Source of the DNA: Lentisphaeria bacterium
Lineage (GTDB): Bacteria; Verrucomicrobiota; Lentisphaeria; Victivallales; Victivallaceae
Direction: 5' to 3'
Length of the DNA: 64,000 nt
Assembly (NCBI GenBank): GCA_022768375.1
Contig: JALEMG010000026.1
Location: forward strand, 2,259-66,258
Shown here: positions 1 to 9,589 of the stretch, in pieces
Layout of the letters: each line of letters opens with the position of its first letter
How positions within the stretch are numbered: position 1 is the stretch's first letter
Translations under genes and position numbers: made by a program
Notes under the pieces: generated by a model
The model's database searches: none
What the model saw: only the letters and a program-made list of their open reading frames with translations
Told to the model about the DNA's origin: nothing

Positions 1-771
1 TCGTGCGGATTGGGACGCCCTTACGGGATCCGGCGGGTCGCCCGGGAGGACCTTCCGGCCTTCTTTGAGTTCGCCCGGACCCACCTGTCCGGCGTCAATC
101 TGACCGTGCCGCACAAAACCATGGCGGCGGAACTGGTCGATGAGATATCCCCCGGGGCGAAGGAGTGCGGCAGCGTCAATACGCTTGTCATCGCGGACGG
201 CCGGATCCGGGGAGAGTCCACCGACGGTGTCGGACTGGAACGGGCCTTGCTTGAAGTGTTCCGTCTCGGAGTGTCCGGCAAGCGCATTCTCTTTTGCGGC
301 GCCGGGGGCGCGGCCCGGGCCACCGCGGTGCATTTGGCGCGCCGCGGCGCGCGGGAGGTGAACTTCATCAACCGGACCGTGGAAAAGGCCGAAACGCTGG
401 CCGCGCTGTGCCGCCGGGCGGTCCCCGACGTGGAGTGCGAATGCGCTTCGCCGCGGGACGAGATCGCGGCCCGGGCCATGCTGGAACGGGCGGATGTGCT
501 GATCCAGGCCACTTCGCTCGGGCTGAAGCCGGACGATCCTCCCCCCTTCCCGCCGACATGGCTGCGCCCCGGGATGCCGCTGCGCATCTTTGACACGATC
601 TATCATCCGACGCCCTTGCAGCGGTACGCGGCGGCGGCGGGGATCGCCTGCGCCGGGGGCAAGGAGATGCTGATCCATCAGGGAGCGGCAAGTTTCACGC
701 TGTGGACCGGTCTGCCCGCTCCGCTGGAAGCGATGCGCCGCGGTTTTGAGGAGGGAACGCCCGGACAATGA
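1..771 (+). CDS. aroE: shikimate 5-dehydrogenase, 5' end outside the window
   Basis: The reading frame is open from base 1. It carries SGVNLTVPHK (substrate site) and the GAGGAARA Rossmann motif, both typical of AroE. The stop overlaps the next start (ATGA). Confidence 0.85.
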   Translation, partial: SCGLGRPYGIRRVAREDLPAFFEFARTHLSGVNLTVPHKTMAAELVDEISPGAKECGSVNTLVIADGRIRGESTDGVGLERALLEVFRLGVSGKRILFCGAGGAARATAVHLARRGAREVNFINRTVEKAETLAALCRRAVPDVECECASPRDEIAARAMLERADVLIQATSLGLKPDDPPPFPPTWLRPGMPLRIFDTIYHPTPLQRYAAAAGIACAGGKEMLIHQGAASFTLWTGLPAPLEAMRRGFEEGTPGQ

Positions 772-1640
772 ATTGGGAAATGTGGTATCACTGGGCCGGA
801 ACCGACTGGTTTGCCCGTTCGGGAATGATCTACCCCGGCGTGTGGAGTTTCATCGGCTTCTGGGTGTTCGCGCTGGGGGCCTGTTTCGGCAGTTTCCTCA
901 ACGTCTGCGTCTGGCGGATTCCCCGGGGCGAATCGCTCTCCCAAGCCGCCAGCCACTGTACCCGCTGCGGCATCCCCATCCGCTGGTTCGACAATCTGCC
1001 CGTGCTGAGTTTTCTGATCCTGCGGGGGCGGTGCCGCCACTGCGGGGAACGCTATTCCAGCGCCTATTTCTGGGGCGAATTGTCCTGCGGATGTCTGTTC
1101 GTGCTGAGCATGGTGAAAACCGGGCTGATGCGGCAATATCCCGGACTTATCCTGTTTCAGTCGGCGCTGATCTTCTTTGCCCTGGGCGGGGCGCGCATCG
1201 ACTGGCGACACCGGATCATCCCGGATAAAATGACGGTCCCGGCGATGGTCACAGCGCTGCTGCTTTCGCTGGCGTTTCCCCGTGCATGGGGCGTAGGATC
1301 GCATCTGGCGGCGCTGGGGATATGCGTCTCATCCGGCGCGATCCCGGCGGCGGTCCTCTGGCTTTTCGCCCGCGCCGGAAAATTTGTCTGCCGAAAGGAG
1401 ATCGTCGGGATGGGGGATATCAAATTTCTGCTCGGGCTGGGAATGCTCGCCGGTTTGCCGGGGGGACTGTTCGCGCTGTTTTTCGGAGCGGTCGCCGGAT
1501 GCGCGGCGGGGCTGTTCACCGGACGGAAGTGGCATGACAGCATCGCCTTCGGTCCCTTCCTCGCCGCCGGAGCGATCGTCTGGATTTTTGCCGACACCTT
1601 ACTGCTCAACGCGTATCGGAATTTCTGTCTCACATTGTGA
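768..1640 (+). CDS. prepilin peptidase (A24 family, PilD/GspO-like)
   Basis: N-terminal CxxC...CxxC zinc module (HCTRCGIPI...CRHCG), a multi-TM body and the GMGDIKF aspartyl-protease motif. Confidence 0.85.
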   Translation: MNWEMWYHWAGTDWFARSGMIYPGVWSFIGFWVFALGACFGSFLNVCVWRIPRGESLSQAASHCTRCGIPIRWFDNLPVLSFLILRGRCRHCGERYSSAYFWGELSCGCLFVLSMVKTGLMRQYPGLILFQSALIFFALGGARIDWRHRIIPDKMTVPAMVTALLLSLAFPRAWGVGSHLAALGICVSSGAIPAAVLWLFARAGKFVCRKEIVGMGDIKFLLGLGMLAGLPGGLFALFFGAVAGCAAGLFTGRKWHDSIAFGPFLAAGAIVWIFADTLLLNAYRNFCLTL

Positions 1641-1674
1641 ATCCAAACATTTCAGAAGAAAGGCAACATTTGAC

Positions 1675-2148
1675 ATGAACGAAGCAAGAAAGCCCCGTCC
1701 GTCCTGGGATCGTTACTTCATGGATATCGCCCACGTGGCGGCCTCGCGCAGCAACTGCAGCCGGCGGCAGGTGGCGGCGGTGGTGGTCCGGGACAAGCAG
1801 ATCATTTCCACCGGTTACAACGGCACTCCCAGAGGGGTGAGGAACTGTTCCGACGGCGGCTGCCCCCGCTGCAATTCCGACATTCCGTCCGGCGAAGGAT
1901 TGGGCCAGTGTCTGTGCAGTCACGCGGAGGAGAACGCCATCGTGCAGGCGGCGTACCACGGCATCATGCTCAAAGGTTCCACGCTGTACACGACTTACAG
2001 CCCGTGTCTGCTCTGCGCAAAAATGATCATCAACGCGGGGATCGTGGAAGTGGTGTACGATCAGCGGTACTCCATTGACGACGTTTCCATGGCCCTGCTC
2101 CGGGAAGCCGGAGTCCAGGTCCGCTCGATGCAGGGGGAGGAACAGTGA
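1675..2148 (+). CDS. comEB: dCMP deaminase (ComEB-type cytidine/deoxycytidylate deaminase)
   Basis: Internal ATG of the 1384..2148 ORF. It carries the CSHAEENAI (H-A-E) and SPCLLCAKMI (PCxxC) zinc motifs. The upstream part of the ORF overlaps the peptidase gene and has no similarity. Confidence 0.8.
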   Translation: MNEARKPRPSWDRYFMDIAHVAASRSNCSRRQVAAVVVRDKQIISTGYNGTPRGVRNCSDGGCPRCNSDIPSGEGLGQCLCSHAEENAIVQAAYHGIMLKGSTLYTTYSPCLLCAKMIINAGIVEVVYDQRYSIDDVSMALLREAGVQVRSMQGEEQ

Positions 2149-2651
2149 TGAAGATTCCCGATCCGAAGTATTGCATTCTCCCTCTGTCCGAAGCCGTGAA
2201 ATGGCGGGAGGAACTGCGCCGTTCGGGGCGGAAACTCGTCGTAACCAACGGCTGTTTCGATCTGATGCACCGGGGACACGCTTCGTATCTGCGGCAAGCC
2301 GCGGCCCTGGGCGACGAACTGCTGGTGCTGGTCAATTCCGATGCGTCGGTCCGGGCACTGAAAGGCGACACCCGGCCTTTGGTGTCGGCCCCGGATCGGG
2401 GATACCTGCTCTGTTCTCTGAAAGCGGTCAGCCGGGTGGTGATTTTCGACGCCCCCCGCTGCGCGGCGGAATTGGCGGCTCTGCGGCCGGACATCTATGT
2501 CAAGGCCGGAGACTACACGGTGGAATCACTCGACCCCTCGGAACGTCAGGCACTGGAATCCTGCGGGGCGGAAATCGTCTTCACTCCGTTCTCGGACGGA
2601 TTTTCCACGACGGGGATCATCGAAAAGATCCGCCGGACCATGCAGCATTAA
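2145..2651 (+). CDS. hldC: D-glycero-beta-D-manno-heptose 1-phosphate adenylyltransferase (stand-alone HldE domain II)
   Basis: TNGCFDLMHRGH cytidylyltransferase HxGH motif, about 168 aa, and similarity to RfaE domain II. The start overlaps the previous stop. Confidence 0.75.
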   Translation: MMKIPDPKYCILPLSEAVKWREELRRSGRKLVVTNGCFDLMHRGHASYLRQAAALGDELLVLVNSDASVRALKGDTRPLVSAPDRGYLLCSLKAVSRVVIFDAPRCAAELAALRPDIYVKAGDYTVESLDPSERQALESCGAEIVFTPFSDGFSTTGIIEKIRRTMQH

Positions 2652-2673
2652 AAGACGATGCGGCCGATGTCCG

Positions 2674-4470
2674 TTACTGCGGGTAGTAGCGGCGAAAAAA
2701 CTCGCAGAATGCTTTTTCCCGCGGTGTGGCCGGAACCTTGTTGACGTCAACTTCAATGTGGCAGTCCGGCGCGTGAACGAAGATACGGTCTCCATTCATC
2801 CAACAGAACGCCAAATTCTTCGGGCTGAACAAATCCCGTCCCATAAACGATGTCGGCGTCACTCCCCCCATCCACGCCGTCAGCGTCGGTGCCAGATCAA
2901 TGCTGGAGGCGAATTTTTTTCGGTCCAGTTTCTGAAAAACTCCAAGATTGGGCGTAATGAAAATCAGCGGGATCCGGGCCGGAGTGAAATCCGGTCGCTT
3001 CAGGTAATTTTCCCCGTGAGTGGCGGAATGGTCCGCCGTAATTACGATCAGCGTCCGCTCGTTGTAAAGTTCCTTATCCGCCATGACGCTGCGGACAAAA
3101 TTCCCCAAATGCCGGTCCGTAGTGTGAAGTGCCTGTAAAAACGGCGTCGGGAACCGGAGTTTGTCCGCTTCGGATATCCCGCTGGCGGTGTACGGCGGAT
3201 GGCTGTCCATCGTGCTGATAAGGGCAAACAGCCGTTTTTCCCGCTGCTGCCGCAGGACTTTCAGCACTCCGTCGTACAGTTCGGGATCGGAGATGCCCCA
3301 GGTACAACTGCGGGACAGCCCGAACCTGTCGCTCCACTCCTCCAGAAAATATTGCACGCGGGGCTTGAAAATCTCCGCGTAGATTTTGCGGTTGTCCCCG
3401 AAAATCCCGGACAGCGGCGCGAAGTACGCGCAAAAATACCCCTGCGTCGCGGCAATGGTGAAAAGCGAAAGGTTCTTCTCCTTGCTTCGGCATTCCCGCG
3501 TGTAGTCCACCCGGGACAACAGCAGTGACGACAGCGCCCAACTGGTCGGCTGGGAGGCGGCGAAGTAATTGGTCAGCGCCGGAAATTCCGTCATCCAGCG
3601 GTCCAGATTCGGCGTAATTCCCTCCGGCATTTTCGGATTGACCGCTCGAAGGTATGCCAAGTCCAGAGATTCCACCGCGACGACGATGATCTTGTCGAAA
3701 ACCGCCTGCGGCGGCGCGGTCAATTCTCCGGTCGCATCGGGATTTCGGGGAGCGAACATGTGCAGTTCGTGAAGCGTTTTCAGCGCGGCGTCATCCATTC
3801 GTCCCGGACCGGAAGCCGCCGGTTGCGGGATCATGGTATGAATGGCGTCATTGGCATAGTCCACGGAGATGAAGGGCAGCGGCCGGACCAGATGGCCGGT
3901 GTAGAATTCCTGCGCGTCCGTATGATGGACCGCCATGCCGTAAAGCAGATTGGAAACGGCGGACAACAGCAGCAGTATTGCGAAAAGAATGCTCCACAGG
4001 ATCGGCAGACGGCGGCCCTTGCGCCGACTGGTCCGCCACACCACGAGACAGGAGTAGACGATGCCGGAAACGATGAGCACCGACAGCGGAATCAGCCAGA
4101 GATAGTAAAACTCGCCCAGCACTGCCCGCAAAGCGTAGTGCCCGGAGTGCTCCAGCAGCAGTCGGACCGACTGAAAATTCAGCGGCATGAATGCTTCGTG
4201 GTAGATGATGATGGAGGTGATCCGCAGAAAAATATTGATGAATGAGGAGATGATCGCCCCCACCGCGCACAGCCGGCTGCGGAACAGCAGTGCCGGAAAA
4301 AACAGCAGCAGCGGCACCAGCGCATCCCCGAACAGCGGCCACGGGAAATACTGCACATGGCCGCTGCCGGTGAAGTTGGATATGGTCAGCGCCAGCAGTC
4401 CGGATACCAGTGTCAGCACCAGCATCAGCAGTACGGAAGCGCTGCGTATAAGGTAGTAACGAAATCGCAT
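2674..4470 (-). CDS. LTA-synthase/sulfatase-family membrane protein (phosphoglycerol or phosphoethanolamine transferase-like)
   Basis: N-terminal polytopic TM region followed by an alkaline-phosphatase-superfamily domain (VVAVESLD, ITADHSATHGE). Confidence 0.7.
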   Translation of the reverse strand: MRFRYYLIRSASVLLMLVLTLVSGLLALTISNFTGSGHVQYFPWPLFGDALVPLLLFFPALLFRSRLCAVGAIISSFINIFLRITSIIIYHEAFMPLNFQSVRLLLEHSGHYALRAVLGEFYYLWLIPLSVLIVSGIVYSCLVVWRTSRRKGRRLPILWSILFAILLLLSAVSNLLYGMAVHHTDAQEFYTGHLVRPLPFISVDYANDAIHTMIPQPAASGPGRMDDAALKTLHELHMFAPRNPDATGELTAPPQAVFDKIIVVAVESLDLAYLRAVNPKMPEGITPNLDRWMTEFPALTNYFAASQPTSWALSSLLLSRVDYTRECRSKEKNLSLFTIAATQGYFCAYFAPLSGIFGDNRKIYAEIFKPRVQYFLEEWSDRFGLSRSCTWGISDPELYDGVLKVLRQQREKRLFALISTMDSHPPYTASGISEADKLRFPTPFLQALHTTDRHLGNFVRSVMADKELYNERTLIVITADHSATHGENYLKRPDFTPARIPLIFITPNLGVFQKLDRKKFASSIDLAPTLTAWMGGVTPTSFMGRDLFSPKNLAFCWMNGDRIFVHAPDCHIEVDVNKVPATPREKAFCEFFRRYYPQ

Positions 4471-4521
4471 AACTTATCTCTGTCCCCGACGATCTTATGC
4501 TTCACACCCATGACGGAAATA

Positions 4522-5322
4522 TCAGAACCGAACTGTTTCACCGGGACGGACGCACCGGATGTCCCGGGCACTCTCCCCGTCGGCGGCGAACCACACCGTC
4601 TGCGCCGTGGGGTTGTAAAGCATGCCGCCGCCGGCTCCGGCGACCAGAGCGCGGATCGCCTTGATGTAACGGCAGATTTCGATATTGGTGGCGTACCAGA
4701 CATCGGTGTGTCCGGACAACTTCCGGCAGATTTCCTCCATCAGTTCCCAGTTGCCGTTCCGATGGAACTCATACGAGTGTCCCCAGACGTAGAAAATTCT
4801 CAGAAACGGCGCCTTGTCATCCAGAAACGGCGCCATGCATTCCAGCGCGTTCCGGTGGTGACAAGTGGGATGCCAGCGCATGAAGTCGTCCGGAAGATAA
4901 CGTCCGGTCGGACGGTTTTCCACCGTTCGAGCATATTCAAATCCGGCACTTTTCAGCGTGCTGATCACCTCCTGGGAATACTGGCCGCACGGATAGGCGA
5001 ATCCGGTGACCGGATAACCGCAGAACTGCTCCAATCTCACCCGGTCGTTCCATACTTCACGCATGGCGTCGGCGGGAGCGCACCGCTCCAGTCCGGCATG
5101 AAACTCCGCATGCGCGGCGATTTCGTGTCCGGCGTAGACCCGGGTGTAATGTTCCGGTTTCAGTTTCTCCGGGTAGTCCCGACCGGAATTGAGATTGAAG
5201 GTCGCCTTTAATCCGTACCGGTTGAAAATTTCCACCAACTGTTCGTCATAGATCTGTCCGTCATCATAACTGAATGTGACGGCTTTCGGTTTTCCTCCCG
5301 GAAACAGATACAGCGGGGTCAT
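4522..5322 (-). CDS. polysaccharide deacetylase (CE4-like)
   Basis: Carries the TFSYDDG motif and WGHSYEFH. I chose the internal ATG (MTPLYLF...) because the 5' extension of the ORF overlaps the neighbouring gene. Confidence 0.7.
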   Translation of the reverse strand: MTPLYLFPGGKPKAVTFSYDDGQIYDEQLVEIFNRYGLKATFNLNSGRDYPEKLKPEHYTRVYAGHEIAAHAEFHAGLERCAPADAMREVWNDRVRLEQFCGYPVTGFAYPCGQYSQEVISTLKSAGFEYARTVENRPTGRYLPDDFMRWHPTCHHRNALECMAPFLDDKAPFLRIFYVWGHSYEFHRNGNWELMEEICRKLSGHTDVWYATNIEICRYIKAIRALVAGAGGGMLYNPTAQTVWFAADGESARDIRCVRPGETVRF

Positions 5323-5338
5323 CGAAAAAAATCCTTCT

Positions 5339-6079
5339 TTATTGGGATGGCAGTTTGCGGAATATCCGCGCGGAACCCGACGCGGGCAGCGGGGCGATCT
5401 CCGCCCGGTCCGCGTCGAAATCAATACGGGTGCTCCAGCCCGGTCCGGACAGCCGGATCTGACGGATGTAGTAAAGATCGTTCTTTTTGGTCAGCGCCCC
5501 GGCCTCCAGTTCCCGAAACGGCGTGTTTTCCCCGTAGCGGGTGAATTCCGCCCGCAGCGGGAAGGCGTGTTCCCGGGAGATCCAGACTTTCACCGTCTCC
5601 TTGTTGGACGGGTCGTCCAGTTCAAACACCCGGCACGGCACAATTCCGCGCAGGGTTTCGCCCTCCAGTTCCCGGAGCGGCTGACAGAAAAGAAAACTCA
5701 GCATCAAATCCCCGGCGCGGACGCCGACGTAGCCCAGTTTGTCGCCGGGCGCGCCGCCGGACATCCGGGAGATCGAAGTCACGCCGACCCCCTTTCCCTG
5801 CCCCAGCAGATACGCTTCGTTTCCGTCCAGGATCAACTGTCCCACGGTGCGGTCGGGATGGAGGATGACCCCGAAGTAAATCGGCATCTCCACGATCCCG
5901 TCCCGTCCCCGCCGCCTGTGCTGCAGCGATCCGTCCAGCCGGGCATAGGTCGCAATGGGATTGCTGCGCCGGGAGCGGAGCAGGAAATCCCGCATCGGCA
6001 ATTCCGCATTCGCCGGTGCGCCGGAGGCGAATGCTCCAACACTCAGTACAAGCAGAAGAAATACGCGGCGCCGAATCAT
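5339..6079 (-). CDS. secreted LolA-like (outer-membrane lipoprotein-sorting-like) protein
   Basis: Signal peptide MIRRRVFLLLVLSVGAFASGA. The beta-rich body resembles the LolA-like family only by my recollection, so the functional call is weak. Confidence 0.4.
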   Translation of the reverse strand: MIRRRVFLLLVLSVGAFASGAPANAELPMRDFLLRSRRSNPIATYARLDGSLQHRRRGRDGIVEMPIYFGVILHPDRTVGQLILDGNEAYLLGQGKGVGVTSISRMSGGAPGDKLGYVGVRAGDLMLSFLFCQPLRELEGETLRGIVPCRVFELDDPSNKETVKVWISREHAFPLRAEFTRYGENTPFRELEAGALTKKNDLYYIRQIRLSGPGWSTRIDFDADRAEIAPLPASGSARIFRKLPSQ

Positions 6080-8505
6080 CGCGGCACCTCCGGGATGGCG
6101 ATGTTACGCGCCTCGGCGAAATTTTTCACAAAGTCGATCTTCAGCGCGGTGCGGATGTTTTCCGGCAACTCCTCCACGTCCTTGCGGTTCTCCTCCGGCA
6201 CGATCACCCGCGTGATCCCCGCCCGCAGTGCTCCGACCAGTTTTTCCCGCACGCCGCCGATGGCGGTGACATTGCCCTGCAGTGTGATTTCGCCGGTCAT
6301 GGCCAGTTTGGGGATCAGCGGCGTCCGGATCAGCAAAGAACAGAGTGCCAGCGCCAGCGTGATTCCGGCGGACGGCCCGTCTTTGGGCGTCGCCCCGTCC
6401 GGCACATGAATATGGAAGTCATGATCGTTGAAAAATTCCGGTTTCACTCCCCATTCCCCGGCCCGCGACCGGATGAAGGTAAAAGCGGTTTCCGCCGACT
6501 CCTGCATGACTTTGCCCAAACTGCCGGTCAACTTCAAATTGCCCTTGCCTCCGGGGACCGCCAAAGTCTCCACCGGCAGCACCACTCCGCCGACACTGGT
6601 CCACGCCATGCCGGTGGCGCATCCGGGGGCCGGAGGCGTCGCCTTGTCCCGCAGGAATTTGCGGGCGCCCAGCAGGGAACGGACCATTTTGGCATCCACG
6701 GCGAGTTTTTCCGTCTCCGCGATCTCCCCGGCAACCAGTTTCCGGGTGATCTTGCGGCAAATCTGCCCGATGGTTCTTTCCAGCGTCCGAACTCCGGCCT
6801 CCATCGTATAGTAATCAATGATCTCATTCAGCGCGGAAGCGCGGAACTTCACCTGTTTCGGGTCCAGTCCGCACTCCCGGAGTTGGCGTTTGACCAGATA
6901 CCGTTTGGCGATCTCGTGTTTCTCCAGCGCGGTATACCCGGGCAGCGAGATGATCTCCATCCGATCCCGCAGGGGGCCGGGGATCTCCTCCAGCACATTG
7001 GCCGTGGCGATGAAAAAGACTTTGGACAGATCCAGCGGCAATTCAATGTAATTGTCATTGAAAGCGAAGTTCTGCTCCGGGTCCAGCACTTCCAGCAGCG
7101 CAGACGCCGGGTCCCCCCGGAAATCGTGGGCCAATTTGTCCACCTCGTCCAGCATGAACACCGGATTGCCGGTGCCGCACCGTTTCAGATTCTGAACGAC
7201 CCGACCCGGCATGGCCCCGACGTAGGTGCGCCGATGCCCCCGAATCTCCGCCTCGTCGCGCACCCCGCCCAGCGACACCCGGATGAACTCCCGGTGCATC
7301 GCATTGGCGATGGAGCGGCCGATGGAGGTCTTGCCCACGCCCGGCGGCCCCACCAGACACAGGATCGGGGCCTTGCCCGCGCCCTCCTCGTTCCGGCGCT
7401 GCATGACCGCCAGAAATTCCAGAATCCGGACCTTGACGTCCGTCAGGCCGAAGTGATCGGCCTCCAGAATTTTCTCCGCCTCCCGGCAGTCCAGCCGGTC
7501 TTCGCTGAACTTCAGCCACGGCACGTCCAGCAGCCACGAGATGTAATTGTAACTGATATGGTATTCCGGAGCGTTTTGCGGAATCAGTTCCAGCCGGTCC
7601 AGTTCCTTCTTGACCGTCTCCTCCACCTTTTCCGGGACCTTGACTTTGGACAAACGCTCCGTCAGTTCCGCGACATCGGCGTTGCTGCTGATCTCTCCCA
7701 GTTCCTTCCGGATGACTTTCAACTGCTCCCGCAGATAGAATTCCCGCTGGGACGCGCCCATGGATTCCTGCACGTCCGCCTGGATCTGCATGCCGAGTTT
7801 TCCGGCCTCCAGTTCCCGATTCAGCAGGACGGTCAGCATATCCAGCCGGGCCTCGACATTGGGGGCAGTCAGCAGCATGAGTTTCTCCGCATAGGCAAAA
7901 TTCATGGCGTCGGCCAGCGTGTCGGCGCACCGGGACGGCGAAGCGGCTCCGACGACGGCCAACTGCAGTTCTTCGGGGATACCCGGCTGGAACTGCAGGA
8001 GTTCCTGAAACATCCGGACCACGCCTTTCTGCCGGCCGAGATTGTCATTGCTGAAGTTGTCGCTGCCGGATTCCGGCATCACCCGGTAACGCACCATCGG
8101 GGCCTCGTTGACGCCCTTGAGCATACTGATCCCGATGATGCGCTTCAATCCCCGGACGACGATGCGCCGGGAGTTATCCGGCATCCGAATCTCCTTGACC
8201 ACCCGGGCCAGCGCCCCCACCGCGGCCCGCTGAACCCCGGAATCGTTGAACTGAGACAAGGTTCCGGGAAACGGCAGACGGTTCAATTCGTCCGTCTGCG
8301 GCACTTCGTTGAAAACCGCAACCAGCCGGTCGTCTCTCATGGCGCCGTCCAGCGCATTGAGATTGTTCCGGCCATCCACCGGCACACTGGTCAATGCAAA
8401 AGGAAAAATCACCGGTTCCCGCATCCGCAGCAGAAAGACCGGATGCTCCGCCGCCACGCCGAGGCCGTCGACCACGATGGAGTTGTTGGTATTCTCCGAA
8501 CTCAT
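6076..8505 (-). CDS. lon: ATP-dependent Lon protease
   Basis: LON N-domain, Walker A GPPGVGKTS, and the catalytic-Ser motif PKDGPSAGITLA. Length is 809 aa. Confidence 0.95.
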   Translation of the reverse strand: MSSENTNNSIVVDGLGVAAEHPVFLLRMREPVIFPFALTSVPVDGRNNLNALDGAMRDDRLVAVFNEVPQTDELNRLPFPGTLSQFNDSGVQRAAVGALARVVKEIRMPDNSRRIVVRGLKRIIGISMLKGVNEAPMVRYRVMPESGSDNFSNDNLGRQKGVVRMFQELLQFQPGIPEELQLAVVGAASPSRCADTLADAMNFAYAEKLMLLTAPNVEARLDMLTVLLNRELEAGKLGMQIQADVQESMGASQREFYLREQLKVIRKELGEISSNADVAELTERLSKVKVPEKVEETVKKELDRLELIPQNAPEYHISYNYISWLLDVPWLKFSEDRLDCREAEKILEADHFGLTDVKVRILEFLAVMQRRNEEGAGKAPILCLVGPPGVGKTSIGRSIANAMHREFIRVSLGGVRDEAEIRGHRRTYVGAMPGRVVQNLKRCGTGNPVFMLDEVDKLAHDFRGDPASALLEVLDPEQNFAFNDNYIELPLDLSKVFFIATANVLEEIPGPLRDRMEIISLPGYTALEKHEIAKRYLVKRQLRECGLDPKQVKFRASALNEIIDYYTMEAGVRTLERTIGQICRKITRKLVAGEIAETEKLAVDAKMVRSLLGARKFLRDKATPPAPGCATGMAWTSVGGVVLPVETLAVPGGKGNLKLTGSLGKVMQESAETAFTFIRSRAGEWGVKPEFFNDHDFHIHVPDGATPKDGPSAGITLALALCSLLIRTPLIPKLAMTGEITLQGNVTAIGGVREKLVGALRAGITRVIVPEENRKDVEELPENIRTALKIDFVKNFAEARNIAIPEVPR

Positions 8506-8518
8506 TCCCGACCCCGTG

Positions 8519-9553
8519 TCAGCAGTCCGCTTCGGTCATTCCCGCCGGAAGCGGCGAATATGCGGCGGTTTTCATGAATTCCAGCATGGTCGCCAGGTCC
8601 ACCGCACCGCCGCTGGCCGTGGCGGATTTAAGGTTGAAATTGCTGAATGCACCGCCGAGTCTCAGCGCTTCCCGCAGATCCCATTGCTCATGCAGCGCGT
8701 ACATGACTCCGGCGCAGAACGCGTCCCCCGCTCCGTTGGTCCCCACGATATCCTTTTTGGCGGCGAAGAAACTCGGCATGTAGAAGTACCGTCCGTCCGG
8801 AGTCCCCGCGCAGGCCCCCTCCGGGAAGTGGATCACCACCGTCTTGCGGACTCCTTTGGCAAAAAGGAATTTGACCGCCGCAGGCAGTTTGCGCCAGAGA
8901 ACATTGCCCTGTTCATCCCGCAGCGCGTCGCCGGAACAGCACGCGGTCTCCACTTCGTTGACGATCAGATGGTCGATATACGGCAGGGCCGGCAGGACTT
9001 TGGCCCGGAACTTCTCCGGCGCTTCCGAGACGAAGTCCACCACCGTCTCATAGCCCTTTTTGCCCATGTGGTCCAGCAGCCGCACCGCCTGCGTCCCGTA
9101 TTCGGGATCGTCGCCGTCCAGCGTGTCCAGCAGCAGCAGATACGCCAGATAGAAATACTTGGCCGGGACGTCAATACCGCACAGATCGGCGAAACTCAAT
9201 TCGGCATTCGCCCCCCGGCAGTGAAAGAACGTCCGCTTCCCCTCCCCCGACATCACATCGGTGAAACTAGTCGGCGCCTCCGCGGTGCGGAGCATGTAAC
9301 GGCTGTCGATATGACGCTTCACGATCTCGTCCCGGATGAAATCCCCCACCGCGTCCTGCCCGAGTTTCCCGGCGGCGTAAAGCGGAAATTCCGCATCGGC
9401 GGCCCGCAGATCGAACAACACGTTGGCCGGACCGCCGCCGGTGGCGGCCTCCTCCTTCAGAATGTTGCACAGATTGCCGACTCCCGGCCAGCGGTCAATG
9501 GTTTTGACCCGATCCTGAACCCAGTTCCCGGCCCCGACGATTCCCTTTCTCAT
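8519..9553 (-). CDS. PfkB-family carbohydrate kinase
   Basis: GAGDAFCAGV ATP-site motif and a ribokinase-like length. Confidence 0.8.
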   Translation of the reverse strand: MRKGIVGAGNWVQDRVKTIDRWPGVGNLCNILKEEAATGGGPANVLFDLRAADAEFPLYAAGKLGQDAVGDFIRDEIVKRHIDSRYMLRTAEAPTSFTDVMSGEGKRTFFHCRGANAELSFADLCGIDVPAKYFYLAYLLLLDTLDGDDPEYGTQAVRLLDHMGKKGYETVVDFVSEAPEKFRAKVLPALPYIDHLIVNEVETACCSGDALRDEQGNVLWRKLPAAVKFLFAKGVRKTVVIHFPEGACAGTPDGRYFYMPSFFAAKKDIVGTNGAGDAFCAGVMYALHEQWDLREALRLGGAFSNFNLKSATASGGAVDLATMLEFMKTAAYSPLPAGMTEADC

Positions 9554-9589
9554 CGCATCATCTCCTTATGTTCCAGCATGATATGGACG